In this document: in pieces, positions 1-6,318 of the stretch
Layout: every line of letters starts with the position of its first letter
Position numbering within the stretch: position 1 is the stretch's first letter
DNA from: a bacterium
Lineage (GTDB): Bacteria > Zixibacteria > MSB-5A5 > GN15 > FEB-12
Assembly: GCA_043811375.1 (NCBI GenBank)
Contig: JBDRNJ010000059.1
Span: 1-10,364 of the forward strand
Length of the DNA: 10,364 nucleotides
Direction: 5' to 3'
Position numbers and translations under genes: made by a program
The notes under the pieces: generated by a model
Databases searched by the model: none
Seen by the model: only the letters and a program-made list of their open reading frames with translations
What the model was told of the DNA's origin: nothing

Positions 1-1
1 T

Positions 2-1490
2 GCCAATCCCGCTCAGGAGGATGTCGATGCGGACGGTGTCGGTGACAGTTGCGACAACTGCCCCTCCGATTACAACCCCAATCAGGAAGATGCCGACTTG
101 GATGGACTGGGTGACGTCTGTGATAACTGCCCCGACAACAACAATCCGGCTCAGGAGGACATCGACACTGACGGTGTCGGTGATAGCTGCGACAACTGCC
201 CTTCCAATTTCAACCCCAATCAGAAAGATGTCGACTTGGATGGACTGGGTGACGTCTGTGATAACTGCCCCGACAACAACAATCCGGCTCAGGAGGACAT
301 CGACACTGACGGCGTCGGTGATAGTTGCGATAACTGCATAACAGTGGCCAACCCGGGTCAGGAAGACGGCGACAGTGACGGTGTCGGCGACGACTGTGAC
401 AACTGTCCCACCGACGCCAACTCCGATCAAGCAGACAATGATACCGACGGCCTGGGTAATGTCTGCGACAACTGCCCCGACGACGCCAACCCGCTTCAGG
501 AGGACAGTGACAGCGACGGTATCGGTGACTCATGCGACGTCTGTCCCTTTGATGCCGACAACGATATCGACGGTGACGGAGTTTGCGGCGACGTCGACAA
601 CTGCGTAACTACTCCCAACCCCGGCCAGGAGGACTATGACGGTGATAACGTCGGTGACTCCTGCGATAACTGCATCCAGGTAGCCAACCCGGGTCAGGAA
701 GACGGCGACTCTGACGGTGTCGGCGATGACTGTGACAACTGTCCCACCGACGCCAACTCCGATCAGGCCGACAATGACACCGACGCCATCGGTAATGTCT
801 GTGACAACTGCCCCGACGACGTCAACCCGCTTCAGGAAGACGTCGATGCCGACGGTGTGGGTGACAGTTGCGACAACTGCCCCGATGAATACAACCCGGG
901 TCAGGAAGACAACGATCTTGATGGTGTCGGTAACGCCTGTGATAACTGTCCCAGCAATTACAACCCCAATCAGGAGGATGTCGACTTTGACGGCCTGGGC
1001 AACATCTGTGACAACTGCCCGGATGATAACAACCCGGGTCAGCAGGATGCCGACGGAGACGACGTAGGCAATGTCTGTGACAATTGTATAAACGACTACA
1101 ATCCCCTTCAGGAAGACAACGATGCCGACGACCTGGGCAATGTCTGCGACAACTGCCCCGACGACGCTAACCCCCTCCAGGAGGACAGTGACAGCGACGG
1201 TCTCGGCGATTCCTGCGACGTCTGTCCGTTTGATCCCGACAACGATATCGACGGCGACGGAGTCTGCGGTGACGTGGACAATTGTCCGGTCTGGCCCAAC
1301 CCCGATCAGGATGACTTCGACGGTGACCTGCTGGGTGACTCCTGCGACAACTGTGACACCCTGTACAACCCCGGACAGGAAGACTTCGACGTCGACGGCG
1401 TTGGTGACACCTGCGACAACTGTCCCGATAAGTACAATCCCGACCAGTTAGACACTGACGGCGATGGTGTCGGAGATGTCTGCCAGGGAT
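2..1490 (+). repeat. Coding tandem repeat array, 69-bp (23-aa) unit, about 22 copies, including two 60-bp (20-aa) variant units
   Basis: Recurrent tgYgaYaactgY every 69 bp. Exact 81-bp duplicate at 94-174 / 232-312 (138-bp offset); near-identical blocks at about 347-500 / 683-836 (336-bp offset) and about 451-602 / 1132-1283 (681-bp offset). Confidence 0.95.
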
Positions 1491-1714
1491 GTTGTGTGGA
1501 TCCCATCAGAGGCAATGTCGACTTCGACCCCATTGACGAGATCAACGTGGGTGATCTCATGTACCTGGTCCAGTACATCTTCCAGGGCGGGCCGGCACCA
1601 CCCTGTGACATGGAAGCTGATGTCGACTGGACTGACTTTGTCGACGTGGGTGATCTCATGTACCTGGTCCAGTACATCTTCCAGGGCGGGCCGGCACCGC
1701 TCCCGTGCCGATAA
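2..1714 (+). CDS. Thrombospondin type-3 (TSP3) repeat protein with C-terminal dockerin-like domain; 5' end lies outside the window
   Basis: The frame of the 98..1714 ORF is open back to position 2 (ANPAQEDVDADGVGDSCDNCPSDYNPNQEDADLDG...), so the TTG at 98 is internal. About 22 units of xxxxNPxQxDxDxDGxGDxCDNC, the Ca-binding TSP3 signature. Ends in CC..RGNVD...DEINVGDLMYLVQYIFQGGPAPPC..EADVD....VDVGDLMYLVQYIFQGGPAPLPC, a duplicated EF-hand-like dockerin-type module. Confidence 0.92.
   Translation, partial: ANPAQEDVDADGVGDSCDNCPSDYNPNQEDADLDGLGDVCDNCPDNNNPAQEDIDTDGVGDSCDNCPSNFNPNQKDVDLDGLGDVCDNCPDNNNPAQEDIDTDGVGDSCDNCITVANPGQEDGDSDGVGDDCDNCPTDANSDQADNDTDGLGNVCDNCPDDANPLQEDSDSDGIGDSCDVCPFDADNDIDGDGVCGDVDNCVTTPNPGQEDYDGDNVGDSCDNCIQVANPGQEDGDSDGVGDDCDNCPTDANSDQADNDTDAIGNVCDNCPDDVNPLQEDVDADGVGDSCDNCPDEYNPGQEDNDLDGVGNACDNCPSNYNPNQEDVDFDGLGNICDNCPDDNNPGQQDADGDDVGNVCDNCINDYNPLQEDNDADDLGNVCDNCPDDANPLQEDSDSDGLGDSCDVCPFDPDNDIDGDGVCGDVDNCPVWPNPDQDDFDGDLLGDSCDNCDTLYNPGQEDFDVDGVGDTCDNCPDKYNPDQLDTDGDGVGDVCQGCCVDPIRGNVDFDPIDEINVGDLMYLVQYIFQGGPAPPCDMEADVDWTDFVDVGDLMYLVQYIFQGGPAPLPCR
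1545..1698 (+). repeat. Perfect 55-bp direct repeat encoding the two halves of the dockerin-like domain
   Basis: acgtgggtgatctcatgtacctggtccagtacatcttccagggcgggccggcacc occurs identically at 1545-1599 and 1644-1698. Confidence 0.95.
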
Positions 1715-1749
1715 CGGCTGGTAGACGCTGACGGAAACCAATAACCAAC

Positions 1750-1782
1750 AAAGCCACCCCTGCTGCTGCGGGGGTGGCTTTT
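1750..1782 (+). terminator. Intrinsic terminator of the TSP3 gene
   Basis: aaagccacccctgc-tgct-gcgggggtggcttt(t): 14-bp stem with one G-U pair, ending in a short U run, 35 nt after the stop codon. Confidence 0.85.
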
Positions 1783-1834
1783 CAATAGGGGCTAATTGCT
1801 GCTCTCAACGAACTTATTGAACCTGACGTATCGT

Positions 1835-1863
1835 TTGCCATCGAGCCCACCGCTGGTTATCTT
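1835..1863 (+). promoter_or_regulatory. Putative sigma70-type promoter for the DinB-family gene
   Basis: TTGCCA (1835-1840), 17-bp spacer, TATCTT (1858-1863). Confidence 0.45.
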
Positions 1864-1964
1864 CTCCGGTACCAAATGTCATTTACGAGATAATAACATA
1901 TCGTGGCGGAAGCCACCCGGCAGGATCATAGCATAGAAATGCCACTTAACAGGAAGGTTTGGAG

Positions 1965-2468
1965 ATGTACATGACTATTGACCAATTCATCCAGGCCTGG
2001 ACGTCAGAAGCGAAGCTGACTCACCAGGTCATGCAGAAACTCACCGATGAGACAATCTCGCAAAAAGTAGTCGATGACCATCGCACGCTGGGACGGATAG
2101 CCTGGCATATCGTCACCACTATCCCGGAAATGATGGAGCACACCGGTTTGAAACTGGACCTGCTGAAGACCGACGCCCCGGTGCCCGCCACGGCCCTGGA
2201 TATCGAACGCGCCTATGTGTCGTTGGCGGCGGTGTTGCTGGAGAAAATCAAGCAGGAATGGACCAATGAGTCGCTGGATATCAAGGACGATATGTACGGC
2301 GAAACCTGGGAGCGCCGCTTCACATTGACCGCCTTGATTCAACACCAAGTCCATCACCGGGGCCAGATGACGGTACTGATGCGCCAGGCCGGCCTGCGGG
2401 TGCCGTCAATCTATGGCCCGGCAAGGGAAGACTGGGCCGAGTACGATATGGAAGAACCGGCAGTATAA
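1965..2468 (+). CDS. DinB/YfiT superfamily (damage-inducible DinB-like, four-helix bundle) protein; not DNA polymerase IV
   Basis: RTLGRIAWHI and LIQHQVHHRGQMTVLMRQAGLRVPSIYGP motifs supply the His metal triad. ATG 1965 chosen because SD AGGAAGG (1952-1958) lies 6 nt upstream. Confidence 0.88.
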   Translation: MYMTIDQFIQAWTSEAKLTHQVMQKLTDETISQKVVDDHRTLGRIAWHIVTTIPEMMEHTGLKLDLLKTDAPVPATALDIERAYVSLAAVLLEKIKQEWTNESLDIKDDMYGETWERRFTLTALIQHQVHHRGQMTVLMRQAGLRVPSIYGPAREDWAEYDMEEPAV

Positions 2469-2517
2469 GAAATCGCCGGAGTGCGAGCGAATCGCAGTTT
2501 ATACTTCACTTTCCCCC

Positions 2518-4056
2518 TCATATCCACAATTGCCGGTCGAGCGTGCGGTAGTGGATGGCTTCGGCGATATGCCCCATCTCGATTTTTTCGGAATCGGCCA
2601 AATCAGCGATAGTGCGCGATACCTTCAGTATCCGATCATACGCTCGGGCTGAAAGACCCTGTTTGGTAATGGCCAGAGCCAGCAACGATTGTGATTTGTC
2701 GTCAATAGTGCAGTAGGTCCGCGTCTCGCGCGATTCCATGTGGGCATTACAGAAAACCCTTTTCTCGTTCCTGAAGCGCTCCATCTGCCGCTGCCGGGCT
2801 GAATTGACTCGTTGCCGGATGTTGACCGACTTCTCACCGCAGGCATCTGAGGACAACTCCTTGAACTTGACCGAGGGCACCGTGATATGAATATCGATAC
2901 GATCCATCAAGGGACCGGAAATGCGCGACATATAGCGCTGGATTTCGCCCGTGGAACAGTTGCATTCATGTTTGGTGTCACCGTAATAACCGCAGGGGCA
3001 GGGATTCATGGCGGAGATCAGCATGAACCCAGCCGGATAAGTCAGGGTGGTGGCCGCTCGCGAGATCGTGACCTGGTTGTCTTCCATCGGCTGGCGCAAC
3101 ATCTCGAGAATGTCTTTCTTGAATTCGGGAAGCTCGTCGAGAAAGAGGACACCGTGGTGTGCCAGCGAAACCTCGCCCGGCTTGGGTACGGCGCCGCCAC
3201 CGATCAGACCGGCGTATGATATGGAGTGATGCGGTGCCCGGAACGGCCGTGTCGCCACCAATGCCATTTCGGCCGCCAGCCGCCCCGCCACCGAGTGAAT
3301 CTTGGTTGTTTCCAGGGCTTCCTCAACGCTCATATCCGGCAGGATAGTTGGCATACGCCGAGCCAGCATCGTTTTACCCGATCCCGGCGGGCCGATCATC
3401 ACGATATTATGCCCTCCGGCCGCAGCCACCTCCAGCGCCCGCTTGGCCGATTCCTGGCCCTTGACATCGGCAAAATCGAGATTGTAAGAGCGTGCCTCAT
3501 TAAAAACGGAGCGGATATCGACGTTAAATGGCCTGATTGTCGTCTCATCCTCGAGGAAATGAACCGTCTCTTTCAGTGACTCTACCGGATAGACCGGGAC
3601 TGTACCGGCCATAGCTGCCTCGCGAGCGTTTGCTTTGGGGACGATGATCCCTTTAATACCGTTACCGGGCTCAAAAGTCATCGTCATCGGCAACACACCC
3701 GGCACCGGCCGAAGAGCTCCATCCAGAGACAACTCCCCCAACATGATGAACTCGTCACAGCGATCTCGCAGGATCTGTCCCGTGGCCGCCAGTATTCCCA
3801 CTGCGATGGGCAGGTCAAAGGCGGAGCCTTCCTTCTTGATATCCGCCGGTGCCAGGTTAATAGTCACTCGTTTGGATGGAAACACGAAGTCGGAGTTCTT
3901 GATGGCTGCCGTGACCCGCTCTTTGGATTCCCTCACGGCGCCCTCAGGCAACCCGACCGTCACAAACGACGGCAACTGCTGCTGGATGTCAGCTTCGACT
4001 TCCACTGCATAGGCGTCAATACCCAGTGTGGCCGAGGATATGATTTTTGACAACAT
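2518..4056 (-). CDS. comM: YifB/ComM family Mg-chelatase-like AAA+ ATPase
   Basis: N-terminal VGLPEGAVRESKERV and NLAPADIKKEGSAFDLPIA; Walker A GPPGSGKT; RPFRAPHHS; PGEVSLAHHGVLFLDE (Walker B); NPCPCGY; ISGPLMDRID; LSARAYDRILKVSRTIADL. Full length, 512 aa. Confidence 0.97.
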   Translation of the reverse strand: MLSKIISSATLGIDAYAVEVEADIQQQLPSFVTVGLPEGAVRESKERVTAAIKNSDFVFPSKRVTINLAPADIKKEGSAFDLPIAVGILAATGQILRDRCDEFIMLGELSLDGALRPVPGVLPMTMTFEPGNGIKGIIVPKANAREAAMAGTVPVYPVESLKETVHFLEDETTIRPFNVDIRSVFNEARSYNLDFADVKGQESAKRALEVAAAGGHNIVMIGPPGSGKTMLARRMPTILPDMSVEEALETTKIHSVAGRLAAEMALVATRPFRAPHHSISYAGLIGGGAVPKPGEVSLAHHGVLFLDELPEFKKDILEMLRQPMEDNQVTISRAATTLTYPAGFMLISAMNPCPCGYYGDTKHECNCSTGEIQRYMSRISGPLMDRIDIHITVPSVKFKELSSDACGEKSVNIRQRVNSARQRQMERFRNEKRVFCNAHMESRETRTYCTIDDKSQSLLALAITKQGLSARAYDRILKVSRTIADLADSEKIEMGHIAEAIHYRTLDRQLWI

Positions 4057-4083
4057 CCTGATTTCATCCCACCTGTAAGGTTA

Positions 4084-4178
4084 CCGGTCTTTGTTCACCA
4101 GCGCTTGAATAAGCGGGGAGGCCGCCGTTGTCGACGACCTCCCCCCACTCTCAACCCTCGGTGAACAACCGCCACCGG
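4084..4178 (-). other. Long imperfect rod-like hairpin upstream of comM (candidate structured leader or small RNA)
   Basis: Minus strand: CCGGU..UUGUUCACC..UUGA.GAGU..GGGGAGGUCGUCG-ACAA-CGGCGGCCUCCCC.GCUU..UCAA..GGUGAACAA..ACCGG. G-U pairs form only on the minus strand. Confidence 0.6.
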
Positions 4179-4230
4179 CTGCCCACCAGCTTTCTCTCTA
4201 CTGTCTCTGCAATCAATATCGTACATGCCC

Positions 4231-4247
4231 CTGACAGATCGTGTCAG
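4231..4247. promoter_or_regulatory. Palindromic operator-like site CTGACA-N5-TGTCAG between divergent genes
   Basis: ctgaca gatcg tgtcag, a perfect 6-bp inverted repeat in the comM / flavin reductase intergenic region. Confidence 0.4.
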
Positions 4248-4262
4248 TCTATTTTCTATTAT

Positions 4263-4291
4263 TTGAATTAAGAGCTTATAATTATTATATT
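4263..4291 (+). promoter_or_regulatory. Putative sigma70-type promoter for the flavin reductase-GNAT-DUF2461 operon
   Basis: TTGAAT (4263-4268), 17-bp spacer, TATATT (4286-4291) in a very AT-rich patch; an alternative TATAAT at 4277-4282. Confidence 0.5.
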
Positions 4292-4328
4292 GATTTTGCG
4301 ACAGTTGAGGAAAGATTCAGCAGGTAGT

Positions 4329-4901
4329 ATGAACAAGATCGAATATCCGATTGACAAGCGAAATTGGCAGCCCAGCCTGATTCCGGGTCCGGTAGTGCTT
4401 GTTTCCACGTGCGACGCAACAAAGAAGCCAAATATAGCTCCCAAAAGCTGGGTCCAGATGGTTTCTTTCGAACCTCCCATGTTGATGTTCTCCGGCACGA
4501 AGGGAAACACCACCGAGGTCAATATCATCCAGACCGGTTGTTTTGGCGTAAATATCGTCGACGCTTCCATAGCATCGAGGGTGTTCGGTTGTATTCAATG
4601 GTTTGGGCTGGAACGGATTAAGAAGGCCGGATTCAGCCTGGTGACGGCCTCTAAGATCGAGGCTCCCCTGGTAGCAGAGTGCCGTGCCCATCTTGAATGC
4701 CGACTCCACCGGACATCCGAGATCGGCTCCGGTTTTGTCGTTTTCGGAGAAATCGTGGCCGCCTCCATCTGGGACCGGATAGCCGCGGCAGATTCCGAAG
4801 AACAATACGCCCTTTTGGAGCAGATAATCTTCCTCGAAAACAACGTATATTCCGTATTAAACAGAACCGAGCGAGTCGACACAAACAGGAGCGATCATTA
4901 A
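4329..4901 (+). CDS. Flavin reductase-like (DIM6/NTAB, flavoredoxin-like) FMN-binding protein
   Basis: PGPVVLVST...PNIAPKSW...VSFEPP, T..NI..TGCFGVNI, ASKIEAPLVAECRAHLECRL, VVFGEIV match the split-barrel flavin reductase pattern. ATG 4329 preferred over TTG 4290, which overlaps the predicted -10. Confidence 0.85.
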   Translation: MNKIEYPIDKRNWQPSLIPGPVVLVSTCDATKKPNIAPKSWVQMVSFEPPMLMFSGTKGNTTEVNIIQTGCFGVNIVDASIASRVFGCIQWFGLERIKKAGFSLVTASKIEAPLVAECRAHLECRLHRTSEIGSGFVVFGEIVAASIWDRIAAADSEEQYALLEQIIFLENNVYSVLNRTERVDTNRSDH

Positions 4902-4906
4902 CAGCA

Positions 4907-5527
4907 ATGACCAAACCAACGACTATCGATTTCTGTCCGGTGACGCCGGAGCGTTGGCCGGAGTTTGCTAAGCTTTTCGGCAAACGGGGCGCCTGCGGCG
5001 GCTGCTGGTGCATGTGGTGGCGGCTGAAACGCTCCGATTTCGAAAGGCGCAAGGGTGATTCCAACAAGCGCGCCATGAAGAGAATTATCACCAATGGCCG
5101 GGTACCCGGTATTCTGGCTCTGGTCGATGGTGAACCGATAGGCTGGTGTTCAATCGCTCCGCGCGAGGAGTTCCCGGCGCTGGAGCGGTCGCGCATTCTT
5201 AAGCCGGTCGATGATCTCCCGGTCTGGACAATCGTCTGCCTGTTTGTGGCTTCCCACTATCGAAACATGGGCGTATCACAACAGTTACTCAAAGCAGCCG
5301 TCAGCTATGCCCAAAGCAGCGGTGCCTTGATTGTCGAGGGCTACCCGTTTGATCTTACCGGCCGCAAGTCTCCCCTGCCGGGAGCGTTCGTCTGGACCGG
5401 TCTGGTCTCGGCTTATCGCAAGGCCGGGTTCAAAGAAGTAGCCCGGCGTTCCCCCACGCGGCCGATAATGAGGTGCTATCTCAAAAGTAAATGTCGTAAA
5501 ACGAAACAGGCAGCAACCAATGTCTGA
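4907..5527 (+). CDS. GNAT family N-acetyltransferase
   Basis: LFGKRGACGGCWCMWWR, PGILALVDGEPIGWCSIAPRE, WTIVCLFV..YRNMGVSQQLL (acetyl-CoA motif A), VEGYP, AYRKAGF. The real start is probably ATG 4907, 5 nt after the upstream stop; the longer ORF-track start overlaps the previous gene. Confidence 0.88.
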   Translation: MTKPTTIDFCPVTPERWPEFAKLFGKRGACGGCWCMWWRLKRSDFERRKGDSNKRAMKRIITNGRVPGILALVDGEPIGWCSIAPREEFPALERSRILKPVDDLPVWTIVCLFVASHYRNMGVSQQLLKAAVSYAQSSGALIVEGYPFDLTGRKSPLPGAFVWTGLVSAYRKAGFKEVARRSPTRPIMRCYLKSKCRKTKQAATNV

Positions 5528-6224
5528 CAATAATACCTTTGTCGGCTTTCCCAAAGAATCTGTGGGGTTTTTGCTGGCGCTGGCCCGAAACAATCAACGG
5601 CTCTGGTTCCAGCGACACCGCGACGAATACGCCGACAACCTGCTGGCTCCGGCAGCTGACTTCGTGGCGGTTATGGGCGAGCGACTGCGCCGGATCAGCC
5701 CGCACGTGGTGGCGATACCGAAGATCGATCAGTCGATTTTCCGCATCCACCGTGACTGCCGTTTCTCAAAAGACAAAAGCCCCTACAAGACCCACCTCGG
5801 CATCTGGATGTGGGAGGGCGACGGCGGCAAAAACGGCAACAGTGGCTTTTATTTCCACCTGGAACCACCCAACCTGATGCTGGGTGTCGGCATGTACATC
5901 TTCCACAAACCGATGCTGCAGGAATACCGCGACTCGGTGGTACATTCCCGATACGGCCCGGCCTTGACGCGCGCGCTGGCGGCGGTCCGACGGAGCGGTC
6001 CCTACACAATCGGCGGAAAACGGTATGTTCGCACACCACGCGGCTACGACCCTCAGCATAAGCGCGCTGAACTGTTGCTTTACGGCGGTCTCTGGGCCGG
6101 CCTTGAGACGCCCATCCCAAAAGAACTGTACACTCCTAAGATCGTGGACTACTGCTACAACCATTTCAAGAACATGCTACCGCTCCACAAATGGCAACTG
6201 GCAATGAAGAAACGGGTGGAGTAG
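5520..6224 (+). CDS. DUF2461 (TIGR02453-like) family protein
   Basis: F.GFP.....FL..LARNNQR.WF..HR..Y, SIFRIHRDCRFSKDKSPYKTH, GFYFHLEP, L/V.RTPRGY...H...ELL. Start overlaps the GNAT stop by 8 nt. Confidence 0.9.
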   Translation: MSDNNTFVGFPKESVGFLLALARNNQRLWFQRHRDEYADNLLAPAADFVAVMGERLRRISPHVVAIPKIDQSIFRIHRDCRFSKDKSPYKTHLGIWMWEGDGGKNGNSGFYFHLEPPNLMLGVGMYIFHKPMLQEYRDSVVHSRYGPALTRALAAVRRSGPYTIGGKRYVRTPRGYDPQHKRAELLLYGGLWAGLETPIPKELYTPKIVDYCYNHFKNMLPLHKWQLAMKKRVE

Positions 6225-6228
6225 GAGT

Positions 6229-6263
6229 ATGTCCGGACCACAGGGATCCGTACCTACATGACT
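6229..6263 (-). repeat. Diverged copy of GTAG-type REP palindrome
   Basis: atgtccggaccacagggatccgtacctacatgact matches 9433-9467 at 29 of 35 positions in the same orientation; minus strand reads GTAG followed by a hairpin. Confidence 0.7.
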
Positions 6264-6318
6264 GCTCAAATTCACGTACGTCATCCACCTTGCTGCCTTC
6301 CAGGATTCGGTAGCCCAC

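Noticed and set aside
1545..1698. Repeat pair as template/variable repeats of a diversity-generating retroelement
   Set aside because: The copies are identical with no adenine-specific mismatches, both are in-frame coding, and there is no reverse transcriptase in the window.
21..1785. Thr-rich alternative-frame ORFs and antisense ORFs over the TSP3 gene
   Set aside because: Shadows of the repetitive GAC/AAC/TGC codons in the real frame; no independent start signals or motifs.
1787..1850. GAACCTGA motif suggestive of a TPP riboswitch
   Set aside because: The CTGAGA and downstream TAAT...CGTAGG elements are absent and the downstream gene is unrelated to thiamine.
2482..2500. tgcga-gcgaa-tcgca hairpin between the convergent DinB-family and comM genes
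   Set aside because: Only a 5-bp stem with a poor U tract; too weak to call a terminator.
2518..4056. comM as an integration site of a mobile element
   Set aside because: comM is a known integration hotspot, but this copy is full length and uninterrupted, with no integrase or duplicated fragment nearby.
4084..4178. Long hairpin as SRP (4.5S) RNA or as a simple terminator
   Set aside because: Apical loop is ACAA with no CAGG/AGCAG internal loop; no strong U tract and no gene ends upstream in that orientation.
4697..4906. 70-aa N-terminal extension of the GNAT given by the ORF track
   Set aside because: It overlaps the flavin reductase gene out of frame and is Arg-rich shadow sequence; the recognisable domain begins at ATG 4907.
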